IMG/VR virus record: IMGVR_UViG_2828164553_000001
Coordinates: 57,173 to 121,172 of that record
Length of the DNA stretch: 64,000 nt
Direction: 5' to 3' (one strand)
Origin: a virus
Taxonomy: Duplodnaviria; Caudoviricetes
Made by a program: the position numbers and the translations under genes. The notes under the pieces were generated by a model. The model saw only the letters and a program-made list of their open reading frames with translations, had not been told where the DNA came from and ran no database searches. This document shows, piece after piece, positions 47,603 to 56,900 of this stretch (within the stretch, counting starts at the first letter, position 1; the number at the start of each line of letters is the position of its first letter).

Positions 47603-47683
47603 TTTTCTTCCTCTGCAGATCATTTTTATTAGCAATGCACTTTAGCACTCCGCGTGAGTATCAAGATAGGGCAAAATTGATCG

Positions 47684-48004
47684 TTATTTAGCGAGCCCAA
47701 CCATTTTAGAGGATCGGCGGCGTCCAGGAAGGCCTCCTGGAAAGAGGCTATGGAGCTTCGACCTAGAGATATCGAAGCGTCGGAGGACGTAGTGAACCTC
47801 CCTACCCTGCTCAAGCACAGATCGGATTTCTTCGATTGGATACGTCCGCACTTGTGCCGGAAAGTAGGGCTGCTCGCCCGCAAAGCACTGCATCACCGAG
47901 TCAACAAAGGGAAGGGCCATTGATTTGCTGATTCCGGTGTCTTTCTGCATTGCGGCCAGAATCCGGCAGCGCAGTTGTTCCGAAGACTCGCTCCGTTTAG
48001 CCAC
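47684..48004 (-). CDS. Mor/C-like late transcription activator
   Basis: 'FAGEQPYFP' and C-terminal HTH 'RFDISRSKLHSL'. Confidence 0.7.
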   Translation of the reverse strand: MAKRSESSEQLRCRILAAMQKDTGISKSMALPFVDSVMQCFAGEQPYFPAQVRTYPIEEIRSVLEQGREVHYVLRRFDISRSKLHSLFPGGLPGRRRSSKMVGLAK

Positions 48005-50091
48005 TAGAGCCCCCATCCATCCCGGGCGAAACTGCCTGCTCGTGAACGCGCATGCGTTCCAGGGGAATCCACGTTCTTAGACTGACTTGAAACCTCATCG
48101 ACCGTAGATTTTTCACGGGACTGCTGAGGAGCATCGAATAACCCAAGCGCCGTCGGCTGATACTGCTGCTCCAACGCTTCCCACTGCGAGTCTCGGATCA
48201 CGTCGGCTTTCACCGCCGGGGCCAGCGATGCCCAGATTGCATACACCACCGTGTCTAGCGGCTCGTTGCGCGCGCCCTTTGGTTTGATCCAATACCCCGA
48301 TTCCTTGTCGTAGAACTCGACCGTAAGCCCCTTGTAGTACACCGGCTGCAGCGAACCCGGATCCGGACTGATCGGATCTGGCACCTCATCGCCGCGGCCG
48401 CCAGGGAAGCGCAGCATGCGCGCTGTCAGATCCTCCGCTTGCCCTTCCGCGTCGGCCTTGTCCTTTGCCGCGAGAGCAGCGGTGAGCCAGCCATACACCA
48501 TTGTCTTGAGCACAGATGTGCCTACGCCCCATACACCGACGCTGCGCGCCACAGTCTTGTCGCGGTTGTTGACCTCGGTCTTGGCCGGGCGATACACCGC
48601 ACGCTCAGACTTGCGTTCGTTGCGGCCCCGGATCAAATACACCGTCTGCTTGATGTAGCCGTTCGGCGTCTCCACGATGCGCGCCTGGCCACTCTGGTTG
48701 ACCAGCTGCTTCACGAACTGCGCCACCGTCTCGGTCCAGTTGCCGCCGTCCAGCGCCACCGCAGTGATGGGCATATCGATGCCGCGCGTGGTCTTCCATG
48801 TGCCGCGTAGGTACTCGTCCAGCGCCGGGTAGGTGTCGAGGATGGTCGGATCCAGGTCGATGACGGCGTAGTCCACCACCCAGCGCCGCTGACCGCGGCC
48901 GGTGGCGATTACCTGGATTTCGGCGCGGTCGTGCTGGAAGTCCACGCCCGCCGTTAACAGCAGCCCGCCCAGCGGCACGATGCCCCGGTGCACACCCGGC
49001 TCGCCCAGCTTGGCCACCTCGTCTGCATCCTGCTCCTGTCGCTCGCCTGCATAGGGCAAGCCGAGTTTGAGGTTGTGGAAGCCCGCTGCTTTGTTCGGGT
49101 CGCGGTCGGCTTCGGCCTTCGCATCGGCCAAATCTTTCCACGACGGACCGAGGCCCAACGGCGCGTACGCGGCCCACGCGTAATAGCTGCGGTGATACGG
49201 GTCCGCATCTGGGTTGGTCGGCTTCCAGTACGCCGTGCCGCCGTGTCCGCGCTCGGCAAACATCAGATCCTTGTGGTGCTCCTCGATCACGCAGCCGCTC
49301 GCCAAGCAAGCGAATGTGCCGTCAGGCTGCAAGCGCTCCACGTCGAGCGTTTGCTCGCCGCCGCAATGCGGGCACTGCACCATGTACACGCGCTGGTCGC
49401 CGGCTGCGTGGCCGGCCTCAATCGCGCTGGCGCCGGCAATGGTCGGCGTGCAGGCGCGGTAGATCTTGGCGCGATCCCCATACGACATCGCACGCGCTTC
49501 CAGCTGCTGGTCAGCCGGCCCCTGCCCTCCGATGTCTTTCGGGTATTCGTCCACCTCGTCCATGAAGATGTAGCGCGCGGTGCGCTGGCGCAGCTGCTTG
49601 GCCGAGTTACTCCAGATCACCCACAGCGTGCCGCCGGGGAAATGCTTCTCCAGCATGTTGTCGGTGTTGAGCTTGGCTAGCAGCTCGGGCATCTCCATCA
49701 CCGCCGGGTCGAACTTGGAGGCGGCCCAGCTGCGCGCCAGATCCTTCACCGGCTGCGCCACGATCATCGAATCGGCACCGCGGTCGATGACGTAGCCGGT
49801 CCAGTTGATACCGATCTCGGTGGCACCGATCTGCGCGGACTTCATGAAGTCCACCAGGCGCACCGGGGAATGGTCGCTCAGGCAATCCATGATCTCGCGC
49901 AGGATTGGGTTGCGGCTGGTGCGCCACGGACCAGGCTCGGCGCCGGAGCCCTTGGCGATGATGCGGTTGGCATCGGCCCACTCGCTCACGGTCTGGATCG
50001 GCGGCAGTTCCCATGCACGCTCCCAGGCGTCGCACACAATATCGGCTGGCTCTGCCAGTTCCACGTCGAAGGCGTTGAGATCCAGTGTCAT
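48004..50091 (-). CDS. Terminase large subunit (lambda GpA family)
   Basis: 'VSEWAD', 'KSAQIGATE', 'DEVDEY', 'CPHCG', 'RNEPLD'. Confidence 0.95.
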   Translation of the reverse strand: MTLDLNAFDVELAEPADIVCDAWERAWELPPIQTVSEWADANRIIAKGSGAEPGPWRTSRNPILREIMDCLSDHSPVRLVDFMKSAQIGATEIGINWTGYVIDRGADSMIVAQPVKDLARSWAASKFDPAVMEMPELLAKLNTDNMLEKHFPGGTLWVIWSNSAKQLRQRTARYIFMDEVDEYPKDIGGQGPADQQLEARAMSYGDRAKIYRACTPTIAGASAIEAGHAAGDQRVYMVQCPHCGGEQTLDVERLQPDGTFACLASGCVIEEHHKDLMFAERGHGGTAYWKPTNPDADPYHRSYYAWAAYAPLGLGPSWKDLADAKAEADRDPNKAAGFHNLKLGLPYAGERQEQDADEVAKLGEPGVHRGIVPLGGLLLTAGVDFQHDRAEIQVIATGRGQRRWVVDYAVIDLDPTILDTYPALDEYLRGTWKTTRGIDMPITAVALDGGNWTETVAQFVKQLVNQSGQARIVETPNGYIKQTVYLIRGRNERKSERAVYRPAKTEVNNRDKTVARSVGVWGVGTSVLKTMVYGWLTAALAAKDKADAEGQAEDLTARMLRFPGGRGDEVPDPISPDPGSLQPVYYKGLTVEFYDKESGYWIKPKGARNEPLDTVVYAIWASLAPAVKADVIRDSQWEALEQQYQPTALGLFDAPQQSREKSTVDEVSSQSKNVDSPGTHARSRAGSFARDGWGL

Positions 50092-50654
50092 GCGTCGTCC
50101 TCGGTGGTGTCGTTGCGCTGCCCCGGCGGCGCCAGCAGCTGCCGCGCTTCTTTCTGCATCGTCTGTGCGATCAGGCGTACCTCGGCGTCGAGCATCGCCT
50201 CAATCGCACGCGGGTCACTCTCCGCGGCCAGCTTGGCGCGCAGGCGGCCCGACAGATTCATCATGCTGTTGAGTGCCTGGCGCACCAGGGTGAATACGGC
50301 GCGCTCCACGCCTTTTGTGCGCGTCAGCTCGCGCGACTCTTCGCCCAGCTCCAGCTCTGCCAACCGCGCCCGCGCCAGCCTTTCGCGGCGCACCGCTTCC
50401 TGCACGCTGGGCACATCGCTCGGCAGCACGCGAGCGGTGGGCACCTCCAGCCGGGTGTCGGCGCCAGCCGTGCGATCGCCGCCACGCAGTGGGTCGGTGA
50501 TGTCATCCAGCAGCGCATCGCTGGCCGCAACGTTGATGCGCTTGCCGTCGGCGTGCATCACCAGCTTGCCGGAGCGGCGCATGCGGCGGATGTACGAATC
50601 GCTGCACCCGCGGTGGCTGGAATACTCGGCAACACTCATCGTTTCGGAACTCAT
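50088..50654 (-). CDS. Terminase small subunit
   Basis: N-terminal HTH, coiled coil; overlaps the TerL start. Confidence 0.8.
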   Translation of the reverse strand: MSSETMSVAEYSSHRGCSDSYIRRMRRSGKLVMHADGKRINVAASDALLDDITDPLRGGDRTAGADTRLEVPTARVLPSDVPSVQEAVRRERLARARLAELELGEESRELTRTKGVERAVFTLVRQALNSMMNLSGRLRAKLAAESDPRAIEAMLDAEVRLIAQTMQKEARQLLAPPGQRNDTTEDDA

Positions 50655-50699
50655 GCACCCACCTGAGTTCCGACCGGAACCAAACTCCGGAACGAAAGA

Positions 50700-50770
50700 T
50701 GCATGAAATGTGGGGTCCGAATTACCCGCAGACGGCCAAGGCCCAGGAGGACCCGCGCTACGGTCGCGCC
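50700..50770 (-). other. Probable cos/packaging region
   Basis: GCGGGTCCTCCTGGGCC…CTGCGGGTAATTCGGACCCC just upstream of TerS, a typical position for lambda-like cos. Confidence 0.5.
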
Positions 50771-50861
50771 CGCCATCCCGGCCGCTATGGTCGCGGTCGC
50801 TCCGCTTTGCCCCTGCCTGCCCGCGCGACGATTCCCGTGAAACACGACACTAAGGGGGCAC

Positions 50862-51100
50862 GTCCACACCGTCCGCACCTCGCGTGCGAGGTCTGGACGG
50901 TCGCAGCCCTTGGAATCATTGAGGTGTCCAGACTGTCCACACTGTCCATACCTGTTGAGAGTTTTTGATTGATGGTTGAAAAGGGTCATGTACATAGGCG
51001 CGCGCGAAAGATGTGGACGGTGTGGACAGCCTTGCCGCACAAGGCGGAAGGTCTGGACGCAGGTGTGGACAGGTGTGGACGTGGGCGGCGAGGTCTGGTC
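50862..51100. repeat. Iteron cluster (GTCCANAC / GTNTGGAC, ~12 copies, both orientations): probable replication origin
   Basis: Copies at 50862, 50871, 50926, 50935, 50944 and inverted at 50891, 51011, 51020, 51051, 51063, 51073, 51093; directly after the helicase gene. Confidence 0.75.
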
Positions 51101-52508
51101 AGAAGTCCGGTGCATCTGTCGCCTCCTGGCTCGTCTGCTCTCGGCTGGCGCCGGCCAGCCACTCGTCCACCGTCAGACCAGCACGAAACCATCGCGGCTC
51201 TCGCCCACCGTCCGGCCATCGTCGTCGGTGGTTCTCCCAGCCCAACGTCTTGAGGATCGCAGCCACGCGCATCTGCTCAGGCTTGCCGTGCTTGCCGGGG
51301 TCTAGCCCGATCGCGTGCACCAGGATTTCGTCGGTGGTGGCCCAGTCCACTTTGGCTGCCGAGAACTTCAACCGCGCTGGGTAGCGGTCCTCGGCCATGC
51401 GGCCATCCAGCCACTTCTCCACACGTCCCTCCCAGCTGTCGCCCACGTAGCGTGCCGCCTGCTCCTCCGCTGCCTCGGCAGGGAGCTGCCACCATTCGAA
51501 GCCGCCATCGAACATGTGCACCGCCTCGGCCCACAGCTGTTCGCGCTGCGCGCTGATCGCATCGATCAGCACCTCGCCATCGGTACGCACCGGCAGAAAG
51601 CGTCGGCCGCCGGTCGGATCACGCAGGTACTGATGCTCGTTGGTGGTGCCGGCGAACACACACTCGCGCCGATAGGAGCGTGGCACACGCTCATACGGTG
51701 CCCTGAACTTGTCCACGCGCCGGGTGATCGCGGTCTTGACGCTGGTCACGTCGGCCTTGGAGAAGCTGTCCATCTCGCCGATTTCCACGCCCCATGCGCC
51801 CTGTATGACCTGGTAGAAGTCTTTGCCGCTGGGCGACTCGCTGGTCTCCACAAACCACTGGCTGCCGAAGATCGCTCGCAGTGCGCTCGACTTGCGCTTG
51901 CCCTGCTCGCCCTCGAGCACCAGCATGAAATCCACCTGCGCGCCGACCGATGGCTGCTTGGCGTCGAACCACAGCACACGCGCGACAGCGCTCACCATGA
52001 AACATTGCGCTGCGCGTCGGCTGTAGGCAGATTCGGCCGCACCGAACAGATCCACCAGCATCCGCTCCACGCGCGCCTGCCCATCCCACTGCAGGCCGGT
52101 GAGGAATTCGCGGATGGGATGGCGCCGGTACCGCCGGGCCACAGCGATCACGGACTTGAGCACCAACTCGTCGCTGCACTTCATGGCGTAGCGGTCCGGG
52201 TGCTGTAGCCAGGCTGCTAGCTCGTAGGCATCAGAGTCGATGAACTCCTCGCGGCTACCACCGCGCCACGGCGGGTCGCGCTCCAGCTTCACCTGGTTGC
52301 TCGAATCGTTGAGCCACCACAAGCCGGCCAAGCGCTCGTCGTGTTCCATGATCAAAATCAGGTTGTGCAGCGTTCCCTCGACATTGCGATCGCGGTTGTA
52401 CGTCAGCTGCGACTTCCACGCGTCCGGGTTGTGATCCCCGCCGCCCGGTGGTGCAGCGCCCAGCCCCCCGTCTACGACGGTGAGCGTCTTACGCTTGGTC
52501 AAAGTCAT
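51099..52508 (-). CDS. VapE-family P-loop helicase
   Basis: 'LVLEGEQGKRKS', 'EIGEM', 'FRAPY', 'GTTN', 'DPTGGRRFLPV'. Confidence 0.92.
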   Translation of the reverse strand: MTLTKRKTLTVVDGGLGAAPPGGGDHNPDAWKSQLTYNRDRNVEGTLHNLILIMEHDERLAGLWWLNDSSNQVKLERDPPWRGGSREEFIDSDAYELAAWLQHPDRYAMKCSDELVLKSVIAVARRYRRHPIREFLTGLQWDGQARVERMLVDLFGAAESAYSRRAAQCFMVSAVARVLWFDAKQPSVGAQVDFMLVLEGEQGKRKSSALRAIFGSQWFVETSESPSGKDFYQVIQGAWGVEIGEMDSFSKADVTSVKTAITRRVDKFRAPYERVPRSYRRECVFAGTTNEHQYLRDPTGGRRFLPVRTDGEVLIDAISAQREQLWAEAVHMFDGGFEWWQLPAEAAEEQAARYVGDSWEGRVEKWLDGRMAEDRYPARLKFSAAKVDWATTDEILVHAIGLDPGKHGKPEQMRVAAILKTLGWENHRRRWPDGGREPRWFRAGLTVDEWLAGASREQTSQEATDAPDF

Positions 52509-52684
52509 CCCCGCTCGCCCTCTTCGCAGCGTTGCGCCTGCTGCAGGCAGTAGTCGTGCCGGCGCTGGCAGCTCGCCGGTGTTTCGAATGGATTGCGTAA
52601 CGCGGCCTCGGCCGACGCACGCCAGTCGGCGGCAGTCGGCTGGCGATCGCGCCAGATGTCGCGTTGCGTGGTGTCACTGCGCAT
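52505..52684 (-). CDS. Hypothetical protein
   Basis: Fills the gap between primase and helicase with overlaps. Confidence 0.5.
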   Translation of the reverse strand: MRSDTTQRDIWRDRQPTAADWRASAEAALRNPFETPASCQRRHDYCLQQAQRCEEGERG

Positions 52685-53732
52685 GGCCTGGCACCACGGT
52701 GACTTCAATCACGCGCCCCGCTGCCCAAGCCGACAGCTGGCGTGGCGTCCAGGCGTCCCGCTCCAGCGCATCGGCAATGTCCCAGCCATCCGGCATGCCA
52801 TCGGTGTCGATCAGCCGCACACTCTGTGCGCCTGCGCGCATGGCCAGCTGCGCCAAGCCCGGAATGTAGTGGCCGGCATCGTTCCGCCAGCCCAGCATCG
52901 CCTTGCGCCCGGCCGCATCCGCGTCCGGCCACAGCACGACGTTGCGTCCGGCCAATGGCCGCCAGTCGGTCTTGGGCACGGCATTGCTGCCGCCTGGCCA
53001 CGAGGCGACGGCATAGCGTTCCCACGCGCCAGCGCCAGCCGCGCGACATTTCTCGCCCTCGACCAACAGCACATCGGCGTGCGGCTTGGCCGCCAGCGCG
53101 TCTAGGCCGCAGATCGGGCGCGGTGTAGGAAAGTGCTGGATGCACCACTGCCGCTTGCCGTCCGGTCCAATGCACCACGTCACCTGCGGCGTCCACTTCT
53201 TCACCTTGCGCGTCTGCCTGTCTGTGAACTCGGCGCGCAACACATAGCCCAGCAGCCTGCCTTCGCTATCGCGGTACGCATCGGCCCGCACCACGCGCAT
53301 GCGTCTCAGCCTTCCGCGTTTGGGATTCCAGATCGGCACGGTCCAGCCGTTGCCCGCCATCAAGTCCGGCGCATCGTCGGGCACCGGCATTAGCGGCACC
53401 CAGGTCACATCCAGCGGTGCCTCGATATCCACACGCACGTCGTCGCGCGCCTGGCGGAAGTCGTGCGCGCCCAGTTGTTCGCACGCTTCGTGAAAGTCGC
53501 AGCCCGTAATCGCCATGAGGAAGCCGATCACGTCATGGTGCGCGCCGCAGCCGAAGCAGTGCACGAAGCCCTTGGCCGGGATCACCGTGAACGATGGCGA
53601 AGACTCGTTATGGAACGGGCAAAAGCCAGCAAATTCCTTGCCGGATCGGCGCAATTGCACGTAGCGCTCAACCACGGCTACCAGGTCCACCGTGGCTTTC
53701 AACTGCTCCACGTCGATCTTGGTGTGCGTCAT
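52674..53732 (-). CDS. DNA primase (CHC2 zinc finger + Toprim)
   Basis: 'CPFHNESSPSF', 'HCFGCG', 'VEGEKC', 'WPDADAAG', 'GWDIAD'. Confidence 0.92.
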   Translation of the reverse strand: MTHTKIDVEQLKATVDLVAVVERYVQLRRSGKEFAGFCPFHNESSPSFTVIPAKGFVHCFGCGAHHDVIGFLMAITGCDFHEACEQLGAHDFRQARDDVRVDIEAPLDVTWVPLMPVPDDAPDLMAGNGWTVPIWNPKRGRLRRMRVVRADAYRDSEGRLLGYVLRAEFTDRQTRKVKKWTPQVTWCIGPDGKRQWCIQHFPTPRPICGLDALAAKPHADVLLVEGEKCRAAGAGAWERYAVASWPGGSNAVPKTDWRPLAGRNVVLWPDADAAGRKAMLGWRNDAGHYIPGLAQLAMRAGAQSVRLIDTDGMPDGWDIADALERDAWTPRQLSAWAAGRVIEVTVVPGHAQ

Positions 53733-53944
53733 CGTGCTCCTCCCCCTTTCAACTGCTCGCGCCGGGCCTGCGCTCGGTACTGCACACGTAGGTAGTCGGC
53801 AATGCGCGAACGGCAGCCGATGCCGCCGGTGCAGATGCTCACGTGCTGGCACTGCTCTGGCAGCGCATCGACGGATGCTTTCCACTGCTGACGCGGCGCC
53901 TTGGCAATATCTAGCGCTTTGGTGATGCAGCGGCTCACGCTCAC
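53729..53944 (-). CDS. Hypothetical protein
   Basis: Overlapping junctions in the replication operon. Confidence 0.5.
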   Translation of the reverse strand: MSVSRCITKALDIAKAPRQQWKASVDALPEQCQHVSICTGGIGCRSRIADYLRVQYRAQARREQLKGGGAR

Positions 53945-54144
53945 GGCTGGCTTTCCAGCAGCAAGGTCGCCTGCGGATTGCGGCGCGCCTCGTCTTGAGC
54001 GCGCAATCGCTCACGCTCGGCCAACGCGTCATCGCCAGCCAAGCCAGGTGCATCGCTGTAGAGCAGGCGCAACGCTTCGGCCACGTGTTGCTGCGCGGCG
54101 GGGCTCAAGGTGCGGCGGATGTGGGAGGCGCGGTTGGTCGTCAT
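53941..54144 (-). CDS. Hypothetical protein
   Basis: Operon packing. Confidence 0.5.
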   Translation of the reverse strand: MTTNRASHIRRTLSPAAQQHVAEALRLLYSDAPGLAGDDALAERERLRAQDEARRNPQATLLLESQP

Positions 54145-54145
54145 G

Positions 54146-54676
54146 TCATGCACGCTTGCGGCCCTTGGCTGCCGCGCGGCGCACGTTGCGCTCCAGGCGG
54201 TGGCACATCGTGCGGATCGCCTGCAGCTCATCCACCATCAGGTCGGCTTCCTGCAGCGACAGATGCGCATCGTCAAGCGCTTCGAGCGCAACACCGGACA
54301 GGCGCCCCGCGTGCTTGGCAACGTGCAGCAGCTTGGCTTGCATCGCGGCCACTTCATCCGGCCAGCCGTTCTCCGGTGCGGGCGGTACGAAGTCCATCGC
54401 CAGATCGAACTGCGCGCCCAGCGATTGAATCCAGCACGTCGCCTGCGCCTGCCCGGCGCTCAGCTCCTGCATCCACTCAGTGAGCATCTCCGCCATCTCC
54501 ATCGACAGCGACTCACCCTCAAGCCCTCGCAGCTTCTTACGGAGCGATTCCGCCGTGATCGTCTTGCCGCGCCGCTCTGTAAGGTAAGCCGCTGCGGCGC
54601 GCACGTTACCCGGCATCTGCGACACCGCGTTGTACAACGCGTCACGCCAATAGATATCTGAGCGTTGGCACGTCAT
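54146..54676 (-). CDS. CII-like phage regulatory protein
   Basis: 'ESLRKKLRG', 'EALDDAHLSLQEAD'; downstream of cro. Confidence 0.7.
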   Translation of the reverse strand: MTCQRSDIYWRDALYNAVSQMPGNVRAAAAYLTERRGKTITAESLRKKLRGLEGESLSMEMAEMLTEWMQELSAGQAQATCWIQSLGAQFDLAMDFVPPAPENGWPDEVAAMQAKLLHVAKHAGRLSGVALEALDDAHLSLQEADLMVDELQAIRTMCHRLERNVRRAAAKGRKRA

Positions 54677-54933
54677 CGCGCATCACCCTGAAGCGCCCTG
54701 CAGTTCATCGTGGTGGCGGCCTGGCCGGCAGACGCACCATGTGCGTCATGTACACCATCACCCCACTCCTGCGGTTCAGTGCCTTGCGGCGCTACGACAT
54801 CCAAACGGGCGTCGGTGATGTCGTCGCTGTGTTCTTTTTCACCGAGCAACCCTGCGCAGAACGCAACCAAGCCCGCCAGCGCCAGAGCAGTAGCTGCGCC
54901 GGTACGAATGATTCCCGGAATGACTGAGGACAT
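54673..54933 (-). CDS. Small membrane protein
   Basis: TM segment, ATGA overlap. Confidence 0.45.
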   Translation of the reverse strand: MSSVIPGIIRTGAATALALAGLVAFCAGLLGEKEHSDDITDARLDVVAPQGTEPQEWGDGVHDAHGASAGQAATTMNCRALQGDAR

Positions 54934-54997
54934 AGGCGACAGGACGCCGCGATCCCAACGCCGCCCTACAAGATCAAGCACTAGTTTGCGGACTGAG

Positions 54998-55222
54998 TTA
55001 CGCATAGCTGCACGCTTCTGCAGTCGAAATGACACCCTCAGTCGGCGCAGGAAAATTGAGCGGCCAACCCACCAGTCGGCGGCGCTCCGTGAGCGCTGCC
55101 CACTCGTCGGAGGTCAGGCACAGGTCGGCGATGTCGCCGTTGTTGTGGATCGGCAGGCCCACCAGCGTGGCAAGTTCTCCCGCGCTCAGCGCGTCATCCA
55201 GTTGCGTGATGTGGCGGGACAT
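54998..55222 (-). CDS. Hypothetical protein
   Basis: TGATG overlap with cro. Confidence 0.45.
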   Translation of the reverse strand: MSRHITQLDDALSAGELATLVGLPIHNNGDIADLCLTSDEWAALTERRRLVGWPLNFPAPTEGVISTAEACSYA

Positions 55223-55470
55223 CAGGCCGCCTCCGGACCATCAGCGACGTGGCCGCTGCATTCTGCAATTAGCGAAGTTTTCTGCGAAGCGCCGGCCAGC
55301 CTTACCAACGCGGTGCCTATTTCAAAAGCAACCGACCGCTGCCCGTGCTTGATCCGGTGAATGGTGGGCTGCGAAGTTCCGACTTCTTTCGCAATACGCG
55401 ATTCAGACCAGCCGGCCTCGACAAGTCTGAGTACAGCCTGCGCTGGAGTAGGTTCGTTCATGACACCCAT
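55222..55470 (-). CDS. cro: Cro-like HTH protein
   Basis: 'GWSESRIAKEVGTSQPTIHRIKHG'; divergent from CI, with which it shares the QPTIHR recognition helix. Confidence 0.85.
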   Translation of the reverse strand: MGVMNEPTPAQAVLRLVEAGWSESRIAKEVGTSQPTIHRIKHGQRSVAFEIGTALVRLAGASQKTSLIAECSGHVADGPEAA

Positions 55471-55473
55471 CCT

Positions 55474-55510
55474 ATACACAAACGAATTGGCATGCAATAC
55501 ACAAACGATC
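55474..55510. promoter_or_regulatory. OR-like operators
   Basis: ATACACAAACGAAT (55474) and ATACACAAACGATC (55497). Confidence 0.75.
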
Positions 55511-55545
55511 TATGCGGGCCGCCGGTGGCGCCGGACAATTCGGAT

Positions 55546-56289
55546 ATGAATCGATTGTCAGAAAACCTGCGCCACCTGATGGGTGTTGAGTCTCTTAGCG
55601 AGAACCAGCTGTCCAGAAATACTGGGGTCCCCCAACCCACGATCCACCGCGTTCTCAGTGGCCGCGTTTCTGATCCACGAGACGGGACTCTGCGCCCCCT
55701 AGCTGAATACTTTGGCCTCTCAGTTGAAGAACTCCGAACCGGCAAGCTCGACGAAAAGACAACTGCCGCACGCCGTTCGAGCAACGAGCCACTTGCTGCC
55801 TATCGCGTCAAATCGGTCGATGGCGAAGACGGCCTGGATCCAGATCGCGAAGTGATCGTGGCCGAGGTTGATGTGCTGGTGTCCGCCGGCGTCGGCTTAC
55901 GAATGCCGGAGTTCGTTGAAACCCGCTATCGAATGTCCTATCAGCTTTCATGGTTTCGTCAGGTGGGCGCAAAGCCGGAGGATGTCCGAGTAATGCGCGT
56001 CACCGGCGACAGCATGGAACGAACGCTTTTTGACGGCGACAGGATCGCGGTGAATATCGCCGACAACAAGCACATCACAGACGGTCGAGTCTATGTGTTT
56101 ACCACCGGTGGGACTGACCCCGACGTCAAAATAAAACGTCTTTTCAAGATGGCGGATGGGCGTCTGCGCATTGTCAGCGATAACGCGGACAAAGCACTCT
56201 ATCCAGACGAAATACTTACCGCTGAAGATGTGGAAAATGTACACATCGTTGGCCGAGTCATTGATCGAAGTGGCAGAGGCGGCCTCTAG
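55546..56289 (+). CDS. cI: CI-like repressor (HTH + S24 peptidase)
   Basis: 'GVPQPTIHRVL', 'SAG' cleavage site, 'VTGDSME', 'IKRL'. Confidence 0.92.
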   Translation: MNRLSENLRHLMGVESLSENQLSRNTGVPQPTIHRVLSGRVSDPRDGTLRPLAEYFGLSVEELRTGKLDEKTTAARRSSNEPLAAYRVKSVDGEDGLDPDREVIVAEVDVLVSAGVGLRMPEFVETRYRMSYQLSWFRQVGAKPEDVRVMRVTGDSMERTLFDGDRIAVNIADNKHITDGRVYVFTTGGTDPDVKIKRLFKMADGRLRIVSDNADKALYPDEILTAEDVENVHIVGRVIDRSGRGGL

Positions 56290-56322
56290 TGACCACGGCG
56301 AATCTAATTTCAGGGAGGGAAG

Positions 56323-56718
56323 ATGGCTCTTGTCTCATGTAGCGAATGCGGTAGAGAAATAAGTGACAAGGCGAGCAATTGTGTGGGGTGCGGGGCGCCC
56401 TTACCTCCGGATCCAGCTGCGAGCACGCCCACCTCGGGACAAGTTGCTCCCGAAAAAAGCTCTGGGGGCAAGCTAGTAATGTGGCTAGGCATTCCTATCG
56501 CGCTTGTCACGCTCTTCCTTGGCTGTGGCGCCATTCTCTCAAATACGCCAGAAGGGCAAGAGCGGTCCCGCGAGCGGCAAGCAATAGAACTATGCGAGAA
56601 GGACTTGGCACAGCTGCGGGAGGATCCGAGATCCACCGCGAACACAGTGGGCTTCGTCATGGACACTTGCTCGAAGATGCGCGATGACTTCACCAGCAAA
56701 TGGGGACGCACCCCCTAA
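56323..56718 (+). CDS. Zinc-ribbon + TM protein (lysogeny-expressed candidate)
   Basis: 'CSECGREISDKASNCVGCGAP' then a TM; downstream of cI. Confidence 0.75.
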   Translation: MALVSCSECGREISDKASNCVGCGAPLPPDPAASTPTSGQVAPEKSSGGKLVMWLGIPIALVTLFLGCGAILSNTPEGQERSRERQAIELCEKDLAQLREDPRSTANTVGFVMDTCSKMRDDFTSKWGRTP

Positions 56719-56725
56719 TCGATCA

Positions 56726-56763
56726 ATTCGTTTAGGTATTGCGATATTAATTCGTTTGTGCAT
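56726..56763. promoter_or_regulatory. OL-like operators
   Basis: ATTCGTTTAGGTAT and ATTCGTTTGTGCAT are reverse complements of the OR motif. Confidence 0.75.
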
Positions 56764-56900
56764 TAATGTGCCTGTCGGCGATTTCGCTGACGGGCGACCG
56801 GCGGGTCGTCCCTGCCGGACAGCCCTCCCCTCTGCCCGGTAGCAGGCCCTCCCCTGGCCTGACTGACCCGTCGGCGCCCTCCTTCTTCGGAGAGAGCGCC

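Noticed and set aside
26600-54700. Long + strand ORFs opposite prophage 2 structural genes (e.g. 29112-30590, 31269-32327, 35543-36760)
   Set aside because: Shadow ORFs expected from high-GC codon bias; no motifs or RBS.
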